This document shows positions 1-9,171 of a stretch of DNA of 25,053 nt, in pieces; the first letter of the stretch is position 1; each line of letters opens with the position of its first letter. A program made the position numbers and the translations under genes. A model generated the notes under the pieces. That model searched no databases, was not told the DNA's origin, and was given only the letters and a program-made list of their open reading frames with translations. This DNA is from Candidatus Heimdallarchaeota archaeon (GTDB lineage Archaea > Asgardarchaeota > Wukongarchaeia > Wukongarchaeales > JBHIFL01), in assembly GCA_046761065.1 (NCBI GenBank), contig JBHIFL010000061.1:1-25053 (forward strand), read 5' to 3'.

Positions 1-2
1 AG

Positions 3-3000
3 CTTTTTACCTTTGAAACCAACGTGTCCGTTTCCTTTAATGTAACATTCAACATATTATTCGAGAAGAACCTGAATTATTCAGCGTTAACAGCCTATTA
101 TGTGAATTCATCTTTACAAACTGCGGACTGGAATACAACATTCTCTAGTGTTGTTTTTTCTCCAGTAGATTATTTGGTTTACAATAGAACCTATATAATT
201 AACACTTTTCCGACACAATGGTGGAGTCTAACAGTGTATAATGGGACAAATGTATATCCAAGTAACATGTGGGATAGAACTGGTACGGTTCTAAAAATAA
301 ATGCGACACAAATGTATTCAGATGCATCTAATTGGCGAATACATGCGATTTCGGCAAATTACGTAACAAATGTCACGGTGATTAATCCTCCGGGGGAGCT
401 TGGCCAATCTTTAAGTGTTAACACCACGTTAAATGCTACATATACACCTACATCAGCCACGCTGAACTTAACTTACCATAGTTTATCAAATGGTAACTGG
501 ACAGGACCAACTCATAATGACCTTGACACAAACCCGAATCCTTATACATCGAATGATGTACTTCAATCATCATGGCCACATGGACAATACAATGTTTCAG
601 CGTTCTATTATTCGGGTGTCGAAGTGGGACTTAATGTATCATCCACAACCATTGCTGTATATCGCCCCACAGCTTTAGCCATCACGATCCCACCAGGCTC
701 CGTATCGAGAGGTACTTCATTCACAATGCAAGTACGACTCAGAGATGCGTCAAAAAGTAATGTGTGGATCGGGGGAGCTGCAGTCACTTTCAAGACCACA
801 TGGAGTTCGACTCCCGCAACGACTAATGCCCAAGGGTTCGCTGATGCGACCATTCCTACCGCTGGAGCGCCTCTTGGCACCCAAAGTATTCAGGTGCTGG
901 TTTCGGGGGCGGGTCCTCCCGATTATTACCAGTCTACTTCCACAACTGGCTCTGTTTACATTTTTCAGTCGGCTGGAATATCGGGGTTGACTTTTTCCCC
1001 AATAATCGGTTATAATGACTCTACCACGATTCAAGTCTCCTATGCGGTGGATGCCACTGTGACGATCACGATCGATGAGAATCAGAGTTCTATGGGGCAA
1101 ATCAGCAGTGGGCGCTACTCCTATAACTTTATTGGAACCGAATGGGATCTTGGGGAGCATCAGTTTACGATCAACGCCAACAAACCAAACCATACGCCAG
1201 CAAGTACTTCTGGATCTATCATTGTAGAGAATAATCCAACTATATTGCGAACTACCGGCCTTTATGCCTCGTCTGTGACGTTTCCCGACCTCCAGAACGA
1301 TTCGACGCTTCAGCTGGCCTATACGGACACCTTTGAGCTGTCCCTTGCCTATGTTGATCTAATCCACAACACTACTACAGGGAATGCTTCCTTAACGTTT
1401 GACTGGATGGTGGGAGAATTATCTTCCATACAAAGTGGGGCGGGAGGAAACTATACCCTTTCTATTGAAGGGACGACTATCGGACGACACACACTCACGC
1501 TTAATATGTCAAAATACGGTTACCAATCGCAAGAATTCATGATGACGTTCGATGTGGTGAATAACCCGACCGCTTTGAACATCGACCCCACGATTCCTGA
1601 AAATAGGACCTTCGACATCGAATACACCGAAGAGGTTATGATTGGGCTTCACATCGAAGATACAAACCATTCGCTTCCACTTTCAACCACTCCCATCGTT
1701 AATGGCTGGACCAACTATTCTGTGGTTGAGTCCCCCTCGGGAAATTACTCATTCACCTTTTATGGAGATTGGGTCACCCCCGAGGAAGGGCAGCCGGTTG
1801 ACATTGTGTTCCAACCGTATGGTTATGAGCCCCAAACATTTCGTTTCACCTTTATCGTACAACACCGAACGATTCTAATGGAAGTTGCGGTCGAGAACGA
1901 GGACCTGAATGTGACGGCCGGGGAGTCCATTATTGTGCAAGTTCAACTGAATTACAAAAATGGGGATCCGGTACCGAATGTAGAGGTTATAGGGATGTTT
2001 ACAGTGGAATTTGAAAGCCCAGGGAGCCCGGGGTCCGCCCTCGCTCTGAATGTGGCCAGCATGCAGGGGACCCAATACCAGCAATATAATGTCACCGGAA
2101 CGACGGATAAACAAGGCCGGGCAGTTATTCCCTTCACGACGAAGGAAGGCATGCATAGCGTTCAGATTGCGGTGGTCTTTGAAGGGGATGTCACCAAGGC
2201 GGCTGCCGGAGCAGAATTTGGGGCCTCGATTATTGTCACACCACCGGTCGAGCTTACCATCTTAGAAATGCTGCGGAAATACTGGTATCTGACCCTGGCG
2301 GCGGTCGTTTTGATCTCAGGGCTTTTTGTTTATATGATTCGTTTAACGAGACGACGCATGGTGTACCGGGTTAAGCTGGAAAAGAAGATTCAGCGGACGT
2401 ATGACTTCATCATGGACATTGTCAACCTAGACGCCATTATAGGAATCTTGCGCGATGGGACTGCCTTCTACGACTTGATGATCGGGGAGGAACTTGATCC
2501 GCAGCTGTACTCCTCCTTCCTTACCGCGTTAAGGACCTATGCGGCCACGACAGTAGCTGCCAGGCCTGTTGAAGCAGAGGAAGAAATATTTACCGAAGCG
2601 GTGGAAACCGAAGAAAAAGCCCACGCATTGATGGGCGACAAGGAGTCCTACATTGCCAGTGGGGAGCTTATCAGTTTTGCCTTCGTATTCACGGCTCGCT
2701 TTGATGAAACAGGGCAATGGCAAAGCATCAGCCCGATAACGCGTGAAACGGCCCGAGAAGCAGTTGAAGAGATTGAAATGCATTTTGAGAGGGAGATCCT
2801 CCAATTCCAAGAGAGTCGTGACCTTTCCGCAATTCCCAGTGATTACATCTATTTAACGTTCTCGAATATCTTAGGGTTGGACTTCTTGAAGCCCCATCGG
2901 ACAACTCGCCGAGAAAAAGGGCTAACCAAAGAAGAACAAAAAGCTTTGAAAGTTGCACGGGACATCGAGGCACTAGAGGGACAGATTCTTCTACCAATAG

Positions 3001-3182
3001 TGGCTGAGCGTCTGATTGGAGAAGGCATGGCGAAAGAACGAGCTATCTACGCATTGCAGCAACTCCGGGTCAAGGGTGGAGTAGAAACAGTCGAGAGTAG
3101 GCAAGTTGAAGAAGGCGCCCTACAAGAGGAAGAGCGTGAGCTGGAAGAAAATGCGGGGGAGGAGGGAGTGTCCTCTGGTTAA
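3..3182 (+). CDS. Large single-pass surface glycoprotein (Ig-like beta-sandwich ectodomain, TM helix, cytoplasmic longin-like domain plus winged helix); 5' end lies outside the window
   Basis: Frame is open from base 3 with no signal peptide visible, so it is truncated. The Thr/Ser/Asn-rich beta-strand region has >20 NxS/T sequons. TM segment YWYLTLAAVVLISGLFVYMI is followed by RLTRRR. The tail contains LDAIIGILRDGTAFY...LDPQLYSSFLTALRTYA (Asgard longin-like pattern), a helix-turn-helix-like end and an acidic tail. Confidence 0.85.
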   Translation, partial: LFTFETNVSVSFNVTFNILFEKNLNYSALTAYYVNSSLQTADWNTTFSSVVFSPVDYLVYNRTYIINTFPTQWWSLTVYNGTNVYPSNMWDRTGTVLKINATQMYSDASNWRIHAISANYVTNVTVINPPGELGQSLSVNTTLNATYTPTSATLNLTYHSLSNGNWTGPTHNDLDTNPNPYTSNDVLQSSWPHGQYNVSAFYYSGVEVGLNVSSTTIAVYRPTALAITIPPGSVSRGTSFTMQVRLRDASKSNVWIGGAAVTFKTTWSSTPATTNAQGFADATIPTAGAPLGTQSIQVLVSGAGPPDYYQSTSTTGSVYIFQSAGISGLTFSPIIGYNDSTTIQVSYAVDATVTITIDENQSSMGQISSGRYSYNFIGTEWDLGEHQFTINANKPNHTPASTSGSIIVENNPTILRTTGLYASSVTFPDLQNDSTLQLAYTDTFELSLAYVDLIHNTTTGNASLTFDWMVGELSSIQSGAGGNYTLSIEGTTIGRHTLTLNMSKYGYQSQEFMMTFDVVNNPTALNIDPTIPENRTFDIEYTEEVMIGLHIEDTNHSLPLSTTPIVNGWTNYSVVESPSGNYSFTFYGDWVTPEEGQPVDIVFQPYGYEPQTFRFTFIVQHRTILMEVAVENEDLNVTAGESIIVQVQLNYKNGDPVPNVEVIGMFTVEFESPGSPGSALALNVASMQGTQYQQYNVTGTTDKQGRAVIPFTTKEGMHSVQIAVVFEGDVTKAAAGAEFGASIIVTPPVELTILEMLRKYWYLTLAAVVLISGLFVYMIRLTRRRMVYRVKLEKKIQRTYDFIMDIVNLDAIIGILRDGTAFYDLMIGEELDPQLYSSFLTALRTYAATTVAARPVEAEEEIFTEAVETEEKAHALMGDKESYIASGELISFAFVFTARFDETGQWQSISPITRETAREAVEEIEMHFEREILQFQESRDLSAIPSDYIYLTFSNILGLDFLKPHRTTRREKGLTKEEQKALKVARDIEALEGQILLPIVAERLIGEGMAKERAIYALQQLRVKGGVETVESRQVEEGALQEEERELEENAGEEGVSSG

Positions 3183-3369
3183 CCAGACAAAGACAATGAT
3201 TTCATGCATAATAAATTGCCCTTCGAGCTGCAAAAGGATCCGATCTTCTTAAGGCTGTTTTCATGGATAATGTATCTATCCACTATAGAACGGGGAATAC
3301 TTCCGTCTGATTCGGAATGATGCGTTCGAAGGATCTTCTCCTGCACCGCAGATGTTCACAATCGAATAA

Positions 3370-3603
3370 CTACTTTGGGCTCTGGTGATTATTGGGCTCT
3401 TGTGGTGGTTTATTCTGATTGGGGTGTCTTATCCTTTGGAGTGCAACTCCAATAAGTAACAAAACACTGATGAAAGGTACAATAATTTCCCGAGCCACCT
3501 GTTGAGCTTCGATATCCCCTCTAATACCATAAATGCTTAAGAATACAGCAATTGAAAGGATCAAGGCGATTAGATAGAACTTATCCCACTTCGTGATTGG
3601 CAC
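3370..3603 (-). CDS. Small hypothetical membrane protein, 2 TM helices
   Basis: Two hydrophobic stretches (FYLIALILSIAVFLSIYGI; IIVPFISVLLLIGVAL) and a polar tail; GTG start preceded by AAAGG. Confidence 0.6.
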   Translation of the reverse strand: MPITKWDKFYLIALILSIAVFLSIYGIRGDIEAQQVAREIIVPFISVLLLIGVALQRIRHPNQNKPPQEPNNHQSPK

Positions 3604-4065
3604 CCTTTACACCAAAAACGGATAACAAGATCATAATTTTTCAAATTTTTTCTCAAGTCACGCATTTTTTCAAGAACCCAGCTTCCCATGTTTAGTTAAT
3701 AATAGGTCAGGGATAAAACTCAGTGATTGTCTTGGAATTAAAATCTAATACGCTTTTATTGGTATAATTGGAAAGTTCCAACATTAAAACCAGCTGGGGG
3801 AGGGTATCTTGGGCGAAAGACACGATATAAATCTATTACAAATCTTACGAAAAAAAGATTCGAACAGAAAGCTTACTAACTATTCCACGTTAATTTACAA
3901 TTCTCTAGTGAGTAAAAGTGCTGGCAAGCGATAAAATCTTGGGTACATGGGAAGTTACACGCAACAGGCCATGTATTATAGTATAGTATAGTATTATACT
4001 AGTCAATGTGAACACGAACGTCTCCCCGAGCCCAGGACCGCGATAATGCGTTGAAGAGGCGCATG

Positions 4066-4479
4066 TTACAACCCGAGCCGCTCTTCAATCCGGGCTACGC
4101 GCTCGACCAATTCTTTCAACTGGGCCTCGAGTTGCTCGAGTCGCTCACTAGTGAATTGTTTAAACCCTTCTAAAGGTGAAGGGGCCGATACGATTTGATC
4201 GGACTCGCTAGGGAAGCCTTCCTCCTCGGCAACCTCGATCAGCTCCCGAGCGACATTATCAAGAGCCATCTCACTTATGGAAACACCAACTTGGCGCAGC
4301 CCAGTGGCGATAGCGCGCCGGATCGAGCCTTTCTCCAGCAGACGGGAGCGGGTACTGATCTCGGGCTTACCATGGAGGAGAATCACCACCTCAAAATGGT
4401 CAGCAGCTCTTTGGAAGAGTTGAACTGTGTATGCCATGCCAGGAATTTTTATCTCGACCATAAACTCACTGTTCCTCAC
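4066..4479 (-). CDS. Hypothetical protein with C-terminal coiled coil
   Basis: Alpha/beta N-terminal domain, acidic linker, and heptad tail ERLEQLEAQLKELVERVARIEERLGL. The start may be the ATG of MVEIKIP. Confidence 0.75.
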   Translation of the reverse strand: MRNSEFMVEIKIPGMAYTVQLFQRAADHFEVVILLHGKPEISTRSRLLEKGSIRRAIATGLRQVGVSISEMALDNVARELIEVAEEEGFPSESDQIVSAPSPLEGFKQFTSERLEQLEAQLKELVERVARIEERLGL

Positions 4480-4740
4480 AAATCAGTAATAAAAAACATA
4501 TCATTTAACGAGAGGACTACCTAGCTAAAAAAGGTTTTCCTTTCACTTTTTGTACAACGAACGATCTATAGAGCAGAGATTGGGTGTCCATGACTTAAGT
4601 TATGTCCATTTTCGTGAATAACAAGGCTATAACCAATCTGGTATACATAGACAGGGCTAATATCATCAGATGATATCCTCATCTTCCCAGGACTAAAATA
4701 TAATGCTCACGCCCCAGCTCTTGAATGGTATAGAAGGACA

Positions 4741-5145
4741 GTGAGGAGGATCGGTTCAGACATGTTTTTGGGTGCTGCATTGGTTGAATTTGACCCTATT
4801 CAAGGACCGATTCTCATCTATCAGAAAAGTAACCAAACCAAGGTAAAATCCACAATTGAAGAATTACTTACTCAGGATAACTTAATAAAGCTTTATATGA
4901 CCGCTTCTACTTCTCTATCCCCCCGCTCAATTTATTTTGATGACTTCATCGTTGTTATCTCGCGTTGTGGGCTCTCAATGCTCTTTTTTTTCTTAGATCG
5001 GAGAACCTCTGACAACCAAGTTATGACATATTGGCGAAAAGCTCGGATCCTCACTGGAAAACACTCGAAGAAGGGGCAAAAGGAGGTTTTGGTCCACAAG
5101 TTAATTTCCGCTTTGGATCGCAATTTTCAGGTTGCCGCACAGTGA
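4741..5145 (+). CDS. Stand-alone longin/uDENN-like domain protein
   Basis: N-terminal LVEFDPIQGPILIYQ fits the h-h-F-D-x3-G-P start of uDENN/NPRL2-type longins, followed by a helix, beta strands and a helix. GAGGAGG at 4743-4749 suggests the ATG at 4762 is the true start. Confidence 0.65.
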   Translation: MRRIGSDMFLGAALVEFDPIQGPILIYQKSNQTKVKSTIEELLTQDNLIKLYMTASTSLSPRSIYFDDFIVVISRCGLSMLFFFLDRRTSDNQVMTYWRKARILTGKHSKKGQKEVLVHKLISALDRNFQVAAQ

Positions 5146-5405
5146 GAGCCCGTACTGGAGTTTTGGAGGGCTAATTTTAATTAAGTGGCTTTTTGCACTT
5201 TTTTAAAATACGTCTTGACTCAGGGATTGCTAGTCTTTCGACGGCTCAAACCTTCTTTACACCTTTTGGATTAATTAGCTCCGTTCCCAACTCGTTACAC
5301 GAAGGCAATTCTTATTAGCCTCTGAGCCATCTCATTCCTCCAGCATTAATAAGCACGGATGTAGCTTCTGCCAATCTAAGTAAAGTCACTCTTGGAGGAA
5401 AAGTC

Positions 5406-7742
5406 TTGCCCCGTTTTCCCTCACTGCCTACTGAGGACATTCTCCTTTTAGGAGGAATAGTGGGGGCTATTCTTTTTACAGTTCTACTAAGCTCGGAATT
5501 ATACAAATATCTACGATATCGAACCCACAATGACGCCTTAGAATTATCGCTTCTTGGCCTCACCGGAACGGGTGTCCTAGCTTTCACCAAAGATCTCTTC
5601 TTAGCGCTTTTAGTGGCGCTGTTTGTCATGACCATGATCCAAACCTATCAACTCCGGGAGTATCCGATCTGGTCAAAGCTTACAATCATGACTTCAGTGG
5701 TTTACGGCCTCCTACTGGGCGCCTTGATCGCCTCAAAATTCTTGCACCAAGAACGGATCTTCGGGATTGCTCTTAACGCAAGCTTTTGGGTGCTATTGAT
5801 CCTCGGATTCATCTTTTTTGGCCGAAAATATATTCTTGTATCTCGTCTCGTTTCCCCTCAATATCTCTATCTCTTTCTCTATCTTGCCGGTTATCTACTG
5901 ATTTGGGGGCTGCACATTCAAACATACATCTACGAAGCCATTTTCGTGATAAATATAGTCATCTATCTTATCAGTGGGGTTGCTCTCGATCTAATCATGG
6001 GCATCAAACGCTTAGAAGATCCCAAGATCCGTGTTCTCGTCGATCGAGTCAGCACACAAATCGGGATGAAACCCAGGATTAAGATAGGCATTGCACGGGC
6101 CCCGATCTTAAATGCCATGGCCTATGGACCCTTCTTTGATCGCCGTATTGCGCTTATTTGCTTAGATCCCTCCAAATTTACGAATGAAGATCTCGAAGGG
6201 ATTGTTGGACATGAGATAAGTCATGCTTATGAGCACCATACCCTGATTCTATTACTAATCATTGGTGTAGAGCTGTTCATCCGTAAGGTGTTCAATATCC
6301 CCGCAACGACCTACGATTATGCATTTAAAGAGCAAGAAATGAGTTTTTTACAGTTCTACCTCCTTGGATTGGTTATCGGAGCCTTTTTATTAATCTTTGT
6401 CCGTATTCTCGAGGGGCGGGCTGACCGCCGTACAAAGGAAGCAGGTTATGGGCCTCAACTTACCCGAGCACTTTACATGCTGGAAGGGTTCTATCGGGGC
6501 ATTGGTGGGGCTGCTGGGCTGGATGTACGGCTCTTGAGTGATAAAAAGGTCGAAAAAGAACGATGGCAAGTTAGTATGGGCGATGCGGCGCAAGAGTTGC
6601 GAAATTTCCTCCTCCGCCCCTCCAAACTGGGGTTACTCACCAATATTCTCGTTAGTCACCCCCATACCTCCTTTCGTGCAGCTGCTCTCCTAGATCCAAC
6701 AATTTCTCCTTTGAAAACTGCGCTCTTACCGTACTCGCTTCTCGTTGGCCGCGGACGAGCCATGTTGGCAAAAACAGTGGATGGAATTGAAGCGTTCTTG
6801 GACGACCGGTATTGTAGTTCTTTTGGAGACGACGCTGTCACTGAATACCTCCAGTATACTGGAACTCTATATGGATATGAACGATTCAAGAACCGGAAAA
6901 TCCTTTTTTTCCCTCGTTTTCGCGGACCGAACCCAGTAGTTGGGACGGTACGTGCGATTCAAAGCACCAGCAAAATCTCGACTCCTGTGCAATTCATGAT
7001 CGATCCCTTTCCCTTGGATGATGATAGAAACCCTTCTTCCCCATTATTTGAAACAATCAATCCCCAGGATTTTGACAAACTTTTCTATGAAGAGGGTGCA
7101 ATGTACGTCTTAAAGAACGGTGAGTTCGCTCGACTGAGAACTTTTTATCTCAAAGGCAAAAAACCAAAGATAAAATTTGAATATGAAATGAACTCTCGTG
7201 TTTTCAAGAAGAAGTTCCTCGGTCTCTTACTTGACGATCTTCTTGAGATTCGTGGGAAGAAAGCGCTTTTACGGGTAGATGGACGCACAAAGGTGATCAC
7301 AGTTCTGGACATTGTATTAGGTGACGACTTTCACTCTACCCAGTTCGTCTTTGACATTCAAGGTACAAGCCAGGAAGGACTTGGTAAAGATTATATCCTT
7401 GAAGCACCGCCCTTTTTTGTATCACTTGACCATGAGAAAGGTGAATTGGAAATCCTCGACTGGTTAGCTGCCGAACGGATTCCAGTGACCCTTTTCACGA
7501 AAGATGAACTTGAACAAGGGATTCACTGTATCATCTCTGAAGTCCAAGCTTCTTCAAAAGTCGAGATCCTCAAGTTCAATAATCCTGCCAAGAAAGAAGT
7601 CCTTAATGCCAATGTAATCGAAGGCGTCTTTTTTGTGATTAAAAGCTTCATTTTCATACGAAAAGACCAAACTGGACTTGGATCACGCCTTGGAACGCGT
7701 CTTTTCAATCGAAATAAGCAGATAAACACAATTAATGTCTGA
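5406..7742 (+). CDS. M48 (HtpX/Ste24-like) membrane zinc metalloprotease with extra N-terminal TM helices and a ~290-aa C-terminal extension
   Basis: LNAMAYG, HEISH (HEXXH), third ligand in RILEGRAD and SHP motif; multiple TM helices; GGAGG upstream of the TTG start. Confidence 0.9.
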   Translation: MPRFPSLPTEDILLLGGIVGAILFTVLLSSELYKYLRYRTHNDALELSLLGLTGTGVLAFTKDLFLALLVALFVMTMIQTYQLREYPIWSKLTIMTSVVYGLLLGALIASKFLHQERIFGIALNASFWVLLILGFIFFGRKYILVSRLVSPQYLYLFLYLAGYLLIWGLHIQTYIYEAIFVINIVIYLISGVALDLIMGIKRLEDPKIRVLVDRVSTQIGMKPRIKIGIARAPILNAMAYGPFFDRRIALICLDPSKFTNEDLEGIVGHEISHAYEHHTLILLLIIGVELFIRKVFNIPATTYDYAFKEQEMSFLQFYLLGLVIGAFLLIFVRILEGRADRRTKEAGYGPQLTRALYMLEGFYRGIGGAAGLDVRLLSDKKVEKERWQVSMGDAAQELRNFLLRPSKLGLLTNILVSHPHTSFRAAALLDPTISPLKTALLPYSLLVGRGRAMLAKTVDGIEAFLDDRYCSSFGDDAVTEYLQYTGTLYGYERFKNRKILFFPRFRGPNPVVGTVRAIQSTSKISTPVQFMIDPFPLDDDRNPSSPLFETINPQDFDKLFYEEGAMYVLKNGEFARLRTFYLKGKKPKIKFEYEMNSRVFKKKFLGLLLDDLLEIRGKKALLRVDGRTKVITVLDIVLGDDFHSTQFVFDIQGTSQEGLGKDYILEAPPFFVSLDHEKGELEILDWLAAERIPVTLFTKDELEQGIHCIISEVQASSKVEILKFNNPAKKEVLNANVIEGVFFVIKSFIFIRKDQTGLGSRLGTRLFNRNKQINTINV

Positions 7743-8026
7743 AAACACGATTATGGGTTCTAGCTACTTGTGTAAGTCAATATGCCTTTTATAATATTTA
7801 GATATTGTTTAGCGTTTCAAAATTAAAAACTTCAAGAACCTTCACTAAGGTAAGGTATTGCTGGATAGCTGAGTTAGTCTCTGCACTTCATTTTTTATTA
7901 TAGGGGATGATAACTCTGTTAATGATCATGAAATCGATACTCATATTTCATCCCTCAGCTTTTCATCCAGTCACCCTCGACATATAAGACATTAGTACAT
8001 GAAGCCGACCTTTTCTAAGGAGTAAT

Positions 8027-8043
8027 AGAAAAGCATTTAAATA
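8027..8043 (+). promoter_or_regulatory. Archaeal BRE/TATA promoter pointing at 8064-8066
   Basis: AGAAAAGCA followed by TTTAAATA (8036-8043). Standard spacing puts the start site on the first G residues of the structured element. Confidence 0.6.
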
Positions 8044-8063
8044 TCAATCTGTAAAGTAAGTTT

Positions 8064-8175
8064 GGACGCGGGCTATGGCTGTGCGCGTCTTAGGTTTCGT
8101 ACCTCCGACGGCAGAAGGCAACCTCTCAAAAAAGATGAAAATCTTTTTTTTAACCCCCTTTGGCCCGCGTCGCCC
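8064..8175 (+). ncRNA. Putative structured non-coding RNA or leader of unknown family
   Basis: An 11-bp closing stem (8065-8075 with 8161-8171, one U-G pair) encloses a multi-stem arm at 8079-8114 and a 9-bp GAAA-capped hairpin at 8128-8149. It is GC-rich in an AT-rich spacer and has an upstream TATA box. Confidence 0.55.
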
Positions 8176-8458
8176 AACCCCCTTTCTGTTGGCTAAACAA
8201 AGATTAGAGTGATAAATATTAATCACAGATTTGGCTCAGGATCTTAATTTTTGGTTTTTAATTAATTTGAAAGGGGATAACCTGAATAGGGGAAAATCTA
8301 AGGCAGTAAAATCGAAACTTCTTATAACAATAAAAATGCCAGCAAGTGCTGGATAATATCTTATGAGTATGTGAAGGAGCCTTTTAGGTATAAAGCTATG
8401 ATATCCAGGTTGTGCGGAATCTTTATAGTAGAAATATCACAAAATTGGGAAGAGCACT

Positions 8459-9025
8459 TTGTCCCTTGAAAGTTTATTTTACGCAGGAACAGTAGTGTTC
8501 CTAGCTGAACTTGGCGATAAGACCATGCTGGCGACGATTTTTTTAAGTGCTCAGTACAGACGTCCAGGTGTGGTGCTTCTGGCAGCCATAGGCGCACTCG
8601 CTGCAGCGACGGTTATTGCAATCATCATCGGAGTGCTTCTTGCGGTGACTCTTCCAATTGACCTGATTCTTTACATTTCAGGGGTTCTCTTCATTATTAT
8701 GGGTATCTATACTATGGCATTATCGCGCACGAGGGAAGGGATAGATAGTGTAACCGCTACAACCTTTGGTGGAATGTTTTCTATAGTTTTCCTCGCTGAA
8801 CTTGGTGACAAAACACAAATAGCAGTTTTAGCTCTTGCAGCTCAGTCTGAAACTCCCATCTTCGTATTCATTGGGGCAATTTTTGGGTTTTTCCTTGTGA
8901 ACAGCTTAGGTACAGTTGCAGGAGATCGAATTTCCGAATATGCTCCTATTATTTGGATCAAAAGAGTGTCTGGGCTCGTGTTCATTGGCTTTGGGATTTT
9001 AATGCTAATCAGAGTAATCATCTGA
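8459..9025 (+). CDS. TMEM165/GDT1 (UPF0016) family Mn2+/Ca2+ transporter
   Basis: Two copies of the family motif ELGDKT in a duplicated 3-TM arrangement. Confidence 0.95.
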   Translation: MSLESLFYAGTVVFLAELGDKTMLATIFLSAQYRRPGVVLLAAIGALAAATVIAIIIGVLLAVTLPIDLILYISGVLFIIMGIYTMALSRTREGIDSVTATTFGGMFSIVFLAELGDKTQIAVLALAAQSETPIFVFIGAIFGFFLVNSLGTVAGDRISEYAPIIWIKRVSGLVFIGFGILMLIRVII

Positions 9026-9171
9026 TTACGTGTATAAGACGATCCGTAATCGAAAAGTATGCATGCTTATTCCTCATGGAAATTCAGATTGCAAATAGTG
9101 TATTCTCCCATCTGTTGAATGAATGAAGTGTTCTTATTTGGATGCTACCACTGTTGGCGAAGTCATTCATG

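Noticed and set aside
3204-3320. 38-codon ORF (MHNKLPFELQ...) just after the surface-protein stop
   Set aside because: No RBS or promoter evidence and no recognisable motif.
3680-3956. Inverted repeat CTTCCCATGT (3682-3691) / ACATGGGAAG (3945-3954) as possible MITE ends
   Set aside because: Only 10 exact bp, no target-site duplication and no second copy in the window; plausible by chance.
3973-4003. TATAG micro-repeat with TAGTATA/TATACTA dyad
   Set aside because: Low-complexity AT sequence; no evidence of function.
8064-8175. Identification of the structured element as tRNA/tRNA-Sec, 5S rRNA or HDV-like ribozyme
   Set aside because: No TTCRA T-loop in the right position and no anticodon arm; no 5S conserved loop C sequence; the 7-bp G-U-initiated stem encloses only 13 nt, too short for HDV P2/P3/L3.
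8265-8400. yybP-ykoY manganese riboswitch upstream of the GDT1 gene (AAAGGGGA start)
   Set aside because: Lacks the following GUAGC and the complementary 3' GACC-type segment; no four-way junction can be drawn.
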